Source: a virus (taxonomy: Duplodnaviria > Caudoviricetes). From it: 64,000 nucleotides of DNA. A model generated the notes under the pieces. The model did not search any database. It saw nothing but the letters and a program-made list of their open reading frames with translations, and was not told the DNA's origin. Each line of letters opens with the position of its first letter. Position 1 is the first letter of the stretch. This document shows, one piece after another, positions 47,678 through 57,546 of the stretch. A program made the position numbers and the translations under genes. The stretch lies in IMG/VR virus record IMGVR_UViG_3300005805_003857, positions 24,369-88,368 of that record, one strand, 5' to 3'.

Positions 47678-47699
47678 AATCTATTAATTGTGCTATACT
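47671..47699 (+). promoter_or_regulatory. sigma70-type promoter
   Basis: TTGACA-17bp-TATACT. Confidence 0.75.
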
Positions 47700-47732
47700 T
47701 ATTTATCTAAACATGATTATTTTTAAGGCTTT

Positions 47733-47984
47733 ATGAACGAACGAATTAAACAACTTGCTGAACAGGCTAAAAAACATGCTCTTGATGCTATGATTAAAAT
47801 CGCAGATAAAGAACAAGCATTGAAAGTGTATTCAGAATCGTATGATACCGAGTTCGCCGAGTTGATTGTCAGGGAATGTGTTGCTATTTGTGAAGACACT
47901 GACGGTGAGCATATTGCTGATGCCAGATGGGGTAGACGGTGTTGTGCTTTAGAGATTCGAGAACATTTCGGAGTTGAAGAATGA
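47733..47984 (+). CDS. small hypothetical protein, MNERI family
   Basis: Paralog of 18430..18654. Confidence 0.75.
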   Translation: MNERIKQLAEQAKKHALDAMIKIADKEQALKVYSESYDTEFAELIVRECVAICEDTDGEHIADARWGRRCCALEIREHFGVEE

Positions 47985-47999
47985 ACAAAAGGAAAAAGA

Positions 48000-48437
48000 A
48001 TGAGCAATATTGATTTAAACAAATACAAACAATTCGTAGAGGCTGTAACAAGCCACGCAAGCAATGACTTGACTACATTTATGAATCGCCTTGATGAGCT
48101 AGACGCTAACTTTGATTCTACTGTATGTACGCACGGACCTGATATCAATGTCCCGTTGCTTATCACAGCATGTTTCGGTTTGGCGGCAGAGAGTGGTGAA
48201 TTCATTGAAGTGCCCAAGAAGATCATCTTCCAAGGCAAACCTCTTGATGACGCCACAGTCTTTCACATGAAACGTGAACTCGGTGACGTTATGTGGTATT
48301 GGATTAATGCATGTCGTGCATTAAATCTTGACCCCAACGAAGTTATTGACGAAAACATCCGTAAACTTGAATCACGCTATCCCGGTGGTTCGTTCGATGC
48401 TCACTACTCAGAGAATCGCAAAGAAGGCGATATCTAA
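48000..48437 (+). CDS. mazG: MazG-like nucleotide pyrophosphohydrolase
   Basis: GLAAESGEFIE..KK and ELGDVMWY; N..KLESRYP. Confidence 0.9.
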   Translation: MSNIDLNKYKQFVEAVTSHASNDLTTFMNRLDELDANFDSTVCTHGPDINVPLLITACFGLAAESGEFIEVPKKIIFQGKPLDDATVFHMKRELGDVMWYWINACRALNLDPNEVIDENIRKLESRYPGGSFDAHYSENRKEGDI

Positions 48438-48438
48438 T

Positions 48439-48663
48439 ATGAAACTCTGGAGTGAAAAAACTAATCTATATTTGTTTACTCCAGAGGAGTATGAACAACT
48501 ACCGTACGGTTTTGAACTAACTTGCATCAACGGAACTACAAAAAAGAAAGATGTTGATAGAGTTGACGGTGATACAAGATTTGGTCATATAGCGTTTGGT
48601 GTTAAAGATCCATGGAATCACCCACTCAAAGACTTGTTTCTAGTCTTTAAACTGAAACAGTAA
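48439..48663 (+). CDS. small hypothetical protein
   Basis: ATG at 48439 one base after the mazG stop. Confidence 0.6.
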   Translation: MKLWSEKTNLYLFTPEEYEQLPYGFELTCINGTTKKKDVDRVDGDTRFGHIAFGVKDPWNHPLKDLFLVFKLKQ

Positions 48664-48664
48664 T

Positions 48665-49075
48665 TTGTAGGGCTTCGGCCCTACAACCAATTATTGGTCT
48701 ATAGGTTCCGCTACCTAGAAATGCGGCGAAATCCCGTCCTCATCGTGCAGTGACGGTAGATGTGTGACCAACACAGATTTATGGGACTACCCTAGGATGC
48801 TTTAAACGTCTGTCCTCTGCACAGAAACGTTTCCCATATCTTAACAGTTGAAGTTGCCGGGTCATGGTAATAGCGATAGAGGGCCCGGACTGGTTGGACT
48901 ACCTGATGAATAATGTCCTACAATACCAGTGAACATGGCAAAGTCCCGTTAAGGGTTTATGAGACATAGACAATCCTCCATAGTAATCGTTGAATTCATC
49001 ATCGCCTATGGTTCCTCAAGAATGTTTTTTGGCTTGTAGATTTATATCTACTCGCCATTGCCTAAGAATATCTTA
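48665..49075 (+). ncRNA. candidate structured non-coding RNA of unknown family
   Basis: About 410 nt without an ORF, GC-richer, at least 8 helices including a C(UUCG)G loop and nested stems. Confidence 0.5.
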
Positions 49076-49115
49076 AACACATTAACCAGATAAATATAAG
49101 ATACAGGTAACCAAT

Positions 49116-49916
49116 ATGACTATTCCAATTATAACGCCAAACATACTTTCTACTCCCAACGGCATGGTGCTATCGGAGTTGAAGCAAGCCCTATTCGACA
49201 ACATACGATATCGTTTGGGTGACGGTATTATTGACTTAGAATTAGACCCGCAACATTATGAAGCGGCATATAACTATACAATAAAAACTTATCGTCAAAG
49301 AGCGCAGAATTCTACTGCGGAAGCATACGTGTTAATGACTACCATTAAGAACGTTGACACATATACATTACCTCAAGAATTTATCAATGTTAGATGTTTG
49401 TACAGACGTTCAGTTGGTCTAGAAACAGGACCGGGCTCTAGCAGTTTTGACCCATTCAGTAGTGCTATCCTAAACACTTACCTTTTAAACTATAACAATG
49501 CAGGTGGTATGGCAACATATGACTTTTATGCAGGTTATGTTGAATTAGCCGCACGTATGTTTGGCGGCTACGTAGTCTATACTTTCGATCCGGTTACCAA
49601 AGTATTGCGTATTGTACGTGATCCTAAAGCAACAGGTGAACGTATCCTTGTATGGGCAGATGTACAACGTACAGAAGAAGTATTGTTACAAGACCCAGGT
49701 GCAGGTGTTTGGATAGGTGATTTTATATATGCCGTATTAAAGGGAATTATTGGTGAGGCACGTGAGAAGTTTGGAACGATTGCTGGACCAGGTGGTGGAA
49801 CAACGTTGAATGGAACCGCTATGAAGGCAGAGTCTAAAGCACTACAAGAAGCCCTGATTGATGAATTGAAACGCTACATAGATGGATCACAGCCCTTAAC
49901 ATGGGTCCAAGGCTGA
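49116..49916 (+). CDS. gp13: neck protein (T4 gp13-like)
   Basis: LKQALFDNIRYRLG...ELD..HY, GEAREKF..IAGP.GG.TLNG; late promoter at 49090. Confidence 0.8.
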   Translation: MTIPIITPNILSTPNGMVLSELKQALFDNIRYRLGDGIIDLELDPQHYEAAYNYTIKTYRQRAQNSTAEAYVLMTTIKNVDTYTLPQEFINVRCLYRRSVGLETGPGSSSFDPFSSAILNTYLLNYNNAGGMATYDFYAGYVELAARMFGGYVVYTFDPVTKVLRIVRDPKATGERILVWADVQRTEEVLLQDPGAGVWIGDFIYAVLKGIIGEAREKFGTIAGPGGGTTLNGTAMKAESKALQEALIDELKRYIDGSQPLTWVQG

Positions 49917-49929
49917 TTCTTACTTGGAT

Positions 49930-50049
49930 ATTGGGCATTGGACTAATTTAAGATTGATTCCAAAAATAGAAAATTCAAGTAAGGGTGCTAAATGTCACAA
50001 AACGATAGAAGAATTATTTGAGGACTATAATAGGGAAAATTCTAATTGA
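49930..50049 (+). pseudogene. C-terminal remnant of an HNH endonuclease
   Basis: Start-less frame IGHWTNLRLIPKIENSSKGAKC..TIEELFEDY*. Confidence 0.6.
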
Positions 50050-50094
50050 CTTCACATCACTCCTGTAGTATAATAAGTACTACAGGAGTTTTTT

Positions 50095-50727
50095 ATGATT
50101 ATTGGAGTAACCGGCTTAATTGGGTCAGGCAAAGATACTATTGCTGACTATCTTTGTACATTTCATGGATTCAAACGAATGAGTTACGCATCTTCACTCA
50201 AAGACGCAGTAGCCAGTGTATTTGGTTGGAACAGAGAATATCTAGAGGGTTCTACTACATCAAGTAGAGCCTGGCGTGAGCAACGTGATGAATGGTGGAG
50301 TGAACGTTTGGGTATGACCATTACGCCTAGATGGGTTTTACAATATTGGGGTACAGAAGTATGCCGCAATAATTTCCATACTGATATTTGGGTCGCAAGT
50401 GTTGAAAACAAACTACGGCAAACTAATGAGAACATTGTAATTACTGACTGTCGTTTTGCTAATGAGGTTCAAGCACTTAAGAACGTGGGTGCTATTACTA
50501 TGCGAGTTAATCGAGGTGAACTTCCTATCTGGTATAATTCAGCAGTAGACTATGCAAATGAACCTGAAGGCAGTGAACAGTGGTTGAAAGCTAAAGTAGA
50601 ATTAGCAAACTATAGTGTCCATGCTAGTGAATATTCTAGTGTAGGTTTATTGTATGACTATTATATTGATAACAATGGTACAGTTACTGAGTTACACAAG
50701 CAAGTCAACTCAGTAGTCAACTTCTAA
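50095..50727 (+). CDS. deoxynucleoside monophosphate kinase (T4 gp1-like)
   Basis: GLIGSGKDT, LKDAV, PRWVLQYWGTE, ITDCRFANE; promoter TTGACT(50046)-17bp-TATAAT. Confidence 0.9.
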   Translation: MIIGVTGLIGSGKDTIADYLCTFHGFKRMSYASSLKDAVASVFGWNREYLEGSTTSSRAWREQRDEWWSERLGMTITPRWVLQYWGTEVCRNNFHTDIWVASVENKLRQTNENIVITDCRFANEVQALKNVGAITMRVNRGELPIWYNSAVDYANEPEGSEQWLKAKVELANYSVHASEYSSVGLLYDYYIDNNGTVTELHKQVNSVVNF

Positions 50728-51057
50728 ATCTCCCCTCTTCCAAGTAACTTCTTTCTTTTTAACTACCTCAACACAGTTAAGACATATAGTTCGTAAATTA
50801 GTTAATTTACAGTTATCTAAATCACCGTCAATGTGAAATACCGTTAACTGTGTAGGGAACACACTATGAAAGCCACATAAATCACATGTGGCTTTTTTCT
50901 TATATCCTGCATTTTTCCATCTAGGCGTTCTAGCTTTTAGTTTCTTTTTCTTTCTACCGCATTCGTCACATCCACTACGGTAATGTGTAACACCTTCACG
51001 GATATAATTCACAGCACAGTGATTTTTTCCGCATGAATTACATATAGGTCTTAGCAT
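50710..51057 (-). CDS. small Zn-binding HNH-like protein
   Basis: CxxC pairs; VFHIDGDLDN...NLRTICLNC. Confidence 0.7.
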   Translation of the reverse strand: MLRPICNSCGKNHCAVNYIREGVTHYRSGCDECGRKKKKLKARTPRWKNAGYKKKATCDLCGFHSVFPTQLTVFHIDGDLDNCKLTNLRTICLNCVEVVKKKEVTWKRGDLEVDY

Positions 51058-51176
51058 ACAGTATTTAGTTGGAACCTTCGAAGGCACGGTAATACCGTCT
51101 TTTTTTAATTTTCTACTAAATAATAGTATGCATTTTAGGTAGTAAACCTCAGAATTTTACATAAAGGAAAAACAAA

Positions 51177-54100
51177 ATGGCATTAACATCTCCAGGCGTA
51201 GAAGTAACGATCACAGACCAAAGTCAGTATCTTCCAGCCCCAACAAATTCAGTCCCTCTAGTTCTAATAGCAACTGCTCAAAACAAAGCAAATGCTACTA
51301 ATACAGGTATTGCAGCGGCAACTACGGCCGCTAACGCAAATAAATTATATCAAGTAACAAGTCAGCGTGATTTAGTAAGCTTATATGGTAATCCGTTCTT
51401 CTACACAACGACAAATGGTACACCAATTCAAGGTTATGAACTCAACGAATACGGCTTGCTAGCGGCATATTCATTACTAGGTGTAACTAATCGTTGCTAC
51501 GTTTTACGTTGTGATATTAATTTAGCTAGCTTGGTTGGCCAAACAAGTCGTCCAACTGGTGCACCCGAAGACGGATCTTATTGGTTAGATAGCACAACTT
51601 CAACATGGGGTATATATGTATTCAACCAGACTACTGGTCAATTCACATTACAAACTCCTATCGTTATAACTGATCCGGCATCATTATCGAGTGGTGTACC
51701 TTTGAATAGTATTGGTAGCATTGGTAATTATGCCATCAACGCAATACAATCAACTACTTCACCAACTGATCCTTCTGGTAAAACATTCTTTTATAAGACA
51801 ACAGATAATTTTTGGGTTACATTAGGCGGAGGTGCATGGAGAAGCGATATACCTACTGTTCAGGGCTCTATTTCTAATCCAACAATAGTTACATCAAGTA
51901 CTTTTACAATAAATGTAAGTGGTCTATATACAGCAACATTAACTGTAACTGGTACAACGGTTGCCGATGTAGCGACGGCAATTAATGATTTAGACACCCC
52001 AACTGTAACTGCTAGGGTAGTTAGTGGTAAATTACAAATTTTATCAAATCAACTACCTACATCCGTAATACGGTACGTTCAACTTACTGATGGTACCAAC
52101 ACACCATTAGCAGATTGCGGTATTGCTGACGGTACATATAATCAGCCTGCAGTATTTTACGGTACATCTGCTCAGATGCCATTATGGACTAGTAGTCAGA
52201 CAACACCAAGACCCACTGGTTCTGTATGGATTAAAATTGGTACTGCTGGTAATGGTTTATATCCTAGTGTTTCTCGATACAGTACTGCTACTGCTAGTTG
52301 GATAGCAAAAAATATAACTCAGGCTAATTCTGATTGGGCAGAAATTGCGGCAATCGATTCAACCGGTGGTCAAGCAATTCCTGCAGGTACAATTTATGGT
52401 CAATATAATTTTACTGGAAACTCAACAACTGCCCCTTATTATCTATGGGAACGCATTGCAACTGGACCTACTGTGGTAACATGTGAAAATACAGCACCTA
52501 TATTTACCGCAGGTGGAGACCTTAAGGCATCAGTAAGCGTTCCGGGAAGTAGTTCAATGTCCTCTAGTTACACAATAACGCTAGGAGCTGGTGCAGATGC
52601 AGTTGATTTTGTAACAGCATGGTCAGCGGCTGGCATACCAAATACACTAGCTAGTGTGGCCACTGATGGTGCAATTACATTAACACATACCCAGGGTGGT
52701 GTTATACTTTTAGGTGATATAGTATCAAATGTAAGTAGTGGTATTATTGCTGAAATGGGATTAACAATAGGAACAACTACTGGTGTTAAATACGGACCAT
52801 CACACCTATATAGTTGGTCTAATATAGCCTGTACAGGCGGTACTGGTACAGGGGCTACATTTAATATTCAGGCTAGCTACGGTGTATATTTCTTAAATGG
52901 TACTGGTATTTTTACAGGTGGTACAGGTTATTCGGTAGGAGATGTTCTTACTATTGCTGGAACATTATTAAACGGTACTAGTGCAAATAACTTGACACTA
53001 GTAGTCACTGAAGTCAGTGGCTCAGGTGCTGTAACAGGTATAGCGTATCAGTCCGGTACACCAATACAAACGTTTAGCACCCAATTAAGCAACTGGGTAG
53101 AGTTTACTTATACAAGTAATGAAGGTGCACCAGTAGCAATACCTACTAATAACACGAACTGGTTCTACTCTGTCACTAATCAAGTAGATATTATGGTTCA
53201 AAAAGGTGGTGCATGGGTAGGTTATGGTACTACTGCATATGACATTAACGGAAACCCGGCAGCGACTGGTGGAAATACCACTGATCCAAATGGTCCTATC
53301 ATTTCAGCCACAGCACCAGTATTACAAAGTGACGGCACTGCTCTATCATACGGTGACTTATGGATTGATACAAGCAATTTAGAAGTATATCCAGTAATCT
53401 ATCGTTGGGAAGCAGTTAGTGGAATAGATCAATGGGTTCTAATTAACACTACTGACCAAGTAAGTCAAGACGGTATTGTATTCCAAGACGCTCGTTGGGG
53501 CCCAAATGGTTCGATAAACCCAGTTAATGATCCTATCCCAACAATCAAGTCAATGTTAACAAGTAACTATGTTGACTTAGACGCACCGGTTGCAACACTA
53601 TACCCACAAGGTATGTTGTTATTCAACACACGCCGTTCGGGATATAATATCAAACAATTTAGAACAAATTATTTTACAAGTGCGAAATATCCTAACGCAG
53701 GAGCATACAATCCGGCTGCCCCGACTAACATTGCTAACTTACCTCAATTCAGTTATACATGGGTATCAGTAAGTGGTAACAATGCAGATGGCGTAGCATA
53801 CATGGGCAGAAATGCACAACGTGCTATGGTTGTACAAGCATTACGTGCTTCTATCGACACTAACACTGCAATACGTGATGAAGATAACTACTTCAACTTG
53901 ATGGCTACTCCTAACTATCCAGAACTACAACCTAACATGGTTGTATTGAATGCGGATCGTGGTGAGACAGCTTATATTATTGGTGATACCCCATTAGGTC
54001 TTGCTGATAGTGCCACTGACATTCAGGCATGGGCTAACAACGATGCAGGTGCTGTATCTACCGGTGAAGCTGGTTTAGTTACACGTAATACTTACTTAGG

Positions 54101-54749
54101 TCTATTCTATCCAAGTGGTATTGCTAATGACTTGTCAGGTAACGAAGTTGTTGTTCCAGCATCACATATGATGTTGCGTACATTCTTGCGTAATGATACT
54201 GTTGCTTATCCTTGGTTAGCACCAGCTGGTACTCGCCGTGGTAACATTGACAATGCATTAAACATTGGTTATTTGGATCGTACAACAGGTGAGTTCCAGC
54301 CAATCAAGACACGTATTGGTATCCGTGATGTACTATACATCAACCAAATTAACCCAATGGTATTCTTCACTGGAGTTGGCTTGTTGAACTATGGTAACAA
54401 GAATAGTTTCAACTCACAAAGTGCATTAGACAGAATCAATGTTGCACGACTAGTTAACTATGTACGCCGTCAGTTAACGATTGCGGCTCGTCCGTTCGTA
54501 TTCGAACCTAACGATCAATTAACACGCAACGAGATTTCAGGTGTTGTACAAACATTGTTAGTTGACTTGGTTGCTAAACGTGGTCTATATGATTACTTGG
54601 TTGTTTGTGACGAAAGTAACAATACACCAGCTCGTATAGATAGAAACGAATTGTGGATTGATGTTGCAATTGAGCCAGTCAAGGCTGCTGAATTCATCTA
54701 CATCCCGGTTCGTGTTCTAAACACAGGTGAGATATCAGGTACAGTGTAA
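51177..54749 (+). CDS. gp18: contractile tail sheath protein (gp18-like) with large insertions
   Basis: LTSPGVEV, WLAPAGTRRG, INVARL, FVFEPND, VVCDESNNTP..IDRNEL. Confidence 0.95.
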   Translation: MALTSPGVEVTITDQSQYLPAPTNSVPLVLIATAQNKANATNTGIAAATTAANANKLYQVTSQRDLVSLYGNPFFYTTTNGTPIQGYELNEYGLLAAYSLLGVTNRCYVLRCDINLASLVGQTSRPTGAPEDGSYWLDSTTSTWGIYVFNQTTGQFTLQTPIVITDPASLSSGVPLNSIGSIGNYAINAIQSTTSPTDPSGKTFFYKTTDNFWVTLGGGAWRSDIPTVQGSISNPTIVTSSTFTINVSGLYTATLTVTGTTVADVATAINDLDTPTVTARVVSGKLQILSNQLPTSVIRYVQLTDGTNTPLADCGIADGTYNQPAVFYGTSAQMPLWTSSQTTPRPTGSVWIKIGTAGNGLYPSVSRYSTATASWIAKNITQANSDWAEIAAIDSTGGQAIPAGTIYGQYNFTGNSTTAPYYLWERIATGPTVVTCENTAPIFTAGGDLKASVSVPGSSSMSSSYTITLGAGADAVDFVTAWSAAGIPNTLASVATDGAITLTHTQGGVILLGDIVSNVSSGIIAEMGLTIGTTTGVKYGPSHLYSWSNIACTGGTGTGATFNIQASYGVYFLNGTGIFTGGTGYSVGDVLTIAGTLLNGTSANNLTLVVTEVSGSGAVTGIAYQSGTPIQTFSTQLSNWVEFTYTSNEGAPVAIPTNNTNWFYSVTNQVDIMVQKGGAWVGYGTTAYDINGNPAATGGNTTDPNGPIISATAPVLQSDGTALSYGDLWIDTSNLEVYPVIYRWEAVSGIDQWVLINTTDQVSQDGIVFQDARWGPNGSINPVNDPIPTIKSMLTSNYVDLDAPVATLYPQGMLLFNTRRSGYNIKQFRTNYFTSAKYPNAGAYNPAAPTNIANLPQFSYTWVSVSGNNADGVAYMGRNAQRAMVVQALRASIDTNTAIRDEDNYFNLMATPNYPELQPNMVVLNADRGETAYIIGDTPLGLADSATDIQAWANNDAGAVSTGEAGLVTRNTYLGLFYPSGIANDLSGNEVVVPASHMMLRTFLRNDTVAYPWLAPAGTRRGNIDNALNIGYLDRTTGEFQPIKTRIGIRDVLYINQINPMVFFTGVGLLNYGNKNSFNSQSALDRINVARLVNYVRRQLTIAARPFVFEPNDQLTRNEISGVVQTLLVDLVAKRGLYDYLVVCDESNNTPARIDRNELWIDVAIEPVKAAEFIYIPVRVLNTGEISGTV

Positions 54750-54773
54750 TAGATACCCCGAAAGGGGTATCTA
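54750..54773 (+). terminator. hairpin after sheath gene (terminator or mRNA stabiliser)
   Basis: tagatacccc-gaaa-ggggtatcta perfect stem. Confidence 0.7.
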
Positions 54774-54808
54774 TATTAAAGATAAATAAGTATACAGGAG
54801 ATTAAAAA

Positions 54809-55444
54809 ATGGCAACAGCCTCTCAATCATTATTCAACATGACCGTAGCTAGCGATAACGCTGGTGGTAACCAAGGCTTGTTGATGCCCAAATTGCAATA
54901 CCGTTTCAGAGTTAACTTTCTGAATTTTGGTATTGGTCAGACTATTGAATTAACTAAACAAGTTGTAGATATTACACGTCCACAAGTTAGTTTTGGTGAA
55001 ATCACAATACCAGTCTACAACTCAACATTGTATCTTGCTGGCCGTCACGAATGGCAAGCATTAACAGTTAACGTTAGAGATGACGCATTAGGTCAAGTAT
55101 CTAAGTTAGTTGGACAGCAATTACAGAAACAATTAGACTTTGTTGAGCAGGCATCTGCGGCAACTGGTCAAGACTATAAGTTTCAAACAAACATTGAAAT
55201 CTTAGACGGTGGCAATGGTACAGCGGCACCAGTAGTACTAGAAACTTGGGAATGCTATGGTTGCTTCTTGCAACAAGCAAACTACAACAACTTGAACTAC
55301 GGTACAAACGAAGTAGTACAAATTGCTATGACAATCAGATTTGATAACGCAGTTCAATCACCATTGAGTTCTGGTGTTGGTACAAACATCGGTCGTGTAT
55401 TAGGTGGTTCTATTGTTACTGGTATCGGTTCTGGCCAAGCGTAA
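54809..55444 (+). CDS. gp19: tail tube protein (gp19-like)
   Basis: PKLQYRFRV..., follows sheath, late promoter at 54782. Confidence 0.85.
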   Translation: MATASQSLFNMTVASDNAGGNQGLLMPKLQYRFRVNFLNFGIGQTIELTKQVVDITRPQVSFGEITIPVYNSTLYLAGRHEWQALTVNVRDDALGQVSKLVGQQLQKQLDFVEQASAATGQDYKFQTNIEILDGGNGTAAPVVLETWECYGCFLQQANYNNLNYGTNEVVQIAMTIRFDNAVQSPLSSGVGTNIGRVLGGSIVTGIGSGQA

Positions 55445-55465
55445 TATTAACATTTAGGTTATTAC

Positions 55466-56701
55466 ATGAGTGGATTTTTTCAAAATCTTTTAACTGATGC
55501 TGCCGCAGGATTTTTCGGCAACGATTATGTAAGAGATTACACTCATGCCGCAAAAACTTTTAGGGCTAACTCTTACCAATATGCTCCTAAATTCAAGTTC
55601 TTATTTCACGTATACTTTGAAATCAACCCTGCTGTATACTCTAAAGGTATATCGCAGGGTTCCAATTTTGGCTTGGCTGTAAAGACAATTGACTTGCCTA
55701 AGTACACCATTGATACAGCTACGTTAAATCAATATAATCGCAAGCGACTAGTACAAACCAAAATAAAATATCAACCTATTAGTATTGTTTTCCATGATGA
55801 CAACGGTAACTTAATAAATGATATGTGGTATAACTATTATACATATTATTTCAAAGATGCAGACAAGCCAGTGCTATCAAGTGCAGGCAGACAAACAACT
55901 AATGGAAATAATACCGGATCAGTTAATTACAATAGAAGAAACTTATATGATGGTGATATTGCAGGCGACGCAGATTGGGGCTACATCGGTGAAACTAGTC
56001 AACAATCGGGAACTACTAGTCAATCAAATCAAGGTATAAGTAAGATTCCTTTCTTTAAGAGTATTCAAATCTTTGGAATGAACCAACATAACTTCATTCA
56101 ATATACATTAATTAATCCTGTCATTACTGCATTCAACCATGATACATATGATTATGCACAAGGTAACGGTACAATGTCAAATACAATGACCATTGATTAT
56201 GAAACAGTAAAGTATGCTGAAGGTGCAATAGACGGTCAAGCACCAAGTAATATCGTTACTGGATTTGGTCTTGAAACTAACTATGATAAAACTACTAGTC
56301 CTATCAATAGACCTGGTGCTAATGCTAGCATATTAGGTCAAGGTGGTTTAATTGGTGCAGCCGGCGGATTCATCAATGACTTATCAAATAATAATATATT
56401 AGGTGCTGTTCGCACAGCCGGCACAGCATATAACACATTTAAAAATAAGAATTTAAAGCAAATTGCAACACAGGATTTAAACAGTCTATTGATAAATGCA
56501 ACACAACAACAATTGCCAGGCGCAGTAAGAACTAATTCATATTACCCTGGATATGGTACAAGTCCAAACAATACAGCAGGAGCACCTACTTTAGGATTAA
56601 GAGCCCCTGCACAAATAACCTCATCAGGCACAACAACAGGTACAGGAATTAATACCGCTGTCTCAAACGCTGGTGCACAAACTACACCCGGTGGTCGATA
56701 A
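55466..56701 (+). CDS. tube-initiator/baseplate hub protein (gp48/gp54-like)
   Basis: Tube-like motif VKTIDLPK...NQYNRKR...KIKYQPISIVFHDD. Confidence 0.65.
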   Translation: MSGFFQNLLTDAAAGFFGNDYVRDYTHAAKTFRANSYQYAPKFKFLFHVYFEINPAVYSKGISQGSNFGLAVKTIDLPKYTIDTATLNQYNRKRLVQTKIKYQPISIVFHDDNGNLINDMWYNYYTYYFKDADKPVLSSAGRQTTNGNNTGSVNYNRRNLYDGDIAGDADWGYIGETSQQSGTTSQSNQGISKIPFFKSIQIFGMNQHNFIQYTLINPVITAFNHDTYDYAQGNGTMSNTMTIDYETVKYAEGAIDGQAPSNIVTGFGLETNYDKTTSPINRPGANASILGQGGLIGAAGGFINDLSNNNILGAVRTAGTAYNTFKNKNLKQIATQDLNSLLINATQQQLPGAVRTNSYYPGYGTSPNNTAGAPTLGLRAPAQITSSGTTTGTGINTAVSNAGAQTTPGGR

Positions 56702-56728
56702 TAGTATAAATACTCTACGGAGATTTAT

Positions 56729-57088
56729 ATGGCACAAATTATTGATTCACGCACAAACATAGACCAAACAGTTAAGATTTTTGATGAATTCTATTCATTT
56801 GATTTAATTGTTAATGCTAGTGAGTATGATATTGTATATTCATACTTTAAGAGCACCTGTGACAATATACAGATAGCAGGTAACTTCACAGTTTTTTTGT
56901 TTAGAATAGCACAAGAAACACAAATCTCCGTACTAGACTTATTAACTTATATTCAAGGTAAATCAAAACTTGAAACTAATACAGTCATTGCTTATTATTT
57001 GAATAGCTTTAAATCTAAAACGTCAATATATGGTTTTGGTACAGTACCGCAACCCAATCAAGCAGTTGCTAGAAACATTGTGACGTAA
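56729..57088 (+). CDS. hypothetical late protein
   Basis: Exact TATAAATA at 56705-56712. Confidence 0.65.
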   Translation: MAQIIDSRTNIDQTVKIFDEFYSFDLIVNASEYDIVYSYFKSTCDNIQIAGNFTVFLFRIAQETQISVLDLLTYIQGKSKLETNTVIAYYLNSFKSKTSIYGFGTVPQPNQAVARNIVT

Positions 57089-57522
57089 TGGCTAAGTACG
57101 CACAAGGGACATTTGCTCCTAAGAATCCTCAGAAATATGTAGGTAAACATCAACCTAGATATCGTAGTGGCTGGGAACTTACATTTATGAATTTCTGTGA
57201 TAACAACAATAGCGTGTTATATTGGGCTAGTGAAGCTATATCAGTTCCCTATCGTAATCCATTTACAGGACAAGCAAAGAATTACATTCCTGACTTCTTT
57301 GTAGTTTATCAAAATAAGTTTGGTAAACAGATAGCAGAAGTTGTAGAAATTAAACCTAAGAAGCAAAGTCTTATTGAAAGCAAAGTCGCTAATGCCAAAG
57401 ACAGAATGGTTGTAGCAATTAATCACGCAAAGTGGGCTAGTGCCATAGCTTACTGTAAAACTCAAGGATATACTTTTCGTGTGTTGACGGAGGACGATTT
57501 GTTCAGGAACGGAAAACGGTAA
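57088..57522 (+). CDS. gp4: head completion nuclease (T4 gp4/TnsA-like)
   Basis: YRSGWE..FM.FCD, WASE..VPY, YIPDF, VEIKP. Confidence 0.9.
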   Translation: MAKYAQGTFAPKNPQKYVGKHQPRYRSGWELTFMNFCDNNNSVLYWASEAISVPYRNPFTGQAKNYIPDFFVVYQNKFGKQIAEVVEIKPKKQSLIESKVANAKDRMVVAINHAKWASAIAYCKTQGYTFRVLTEDDLFRNGKR

Positions 57523-57546
57523 ACCATGCAAAGTGATAAATAAAGC

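Noticed and set aside
47723-48256. 177-aa minus-strand ORF, and the other short antisense or alternate-frame ORFs in the track
   Set aside because: They overlap well-supported genes and show no independent signals
48903-48935. CTGATGA resembling a hammerhead ribozyme core
   Set aside because: No stem II followed by GAAA at the required position
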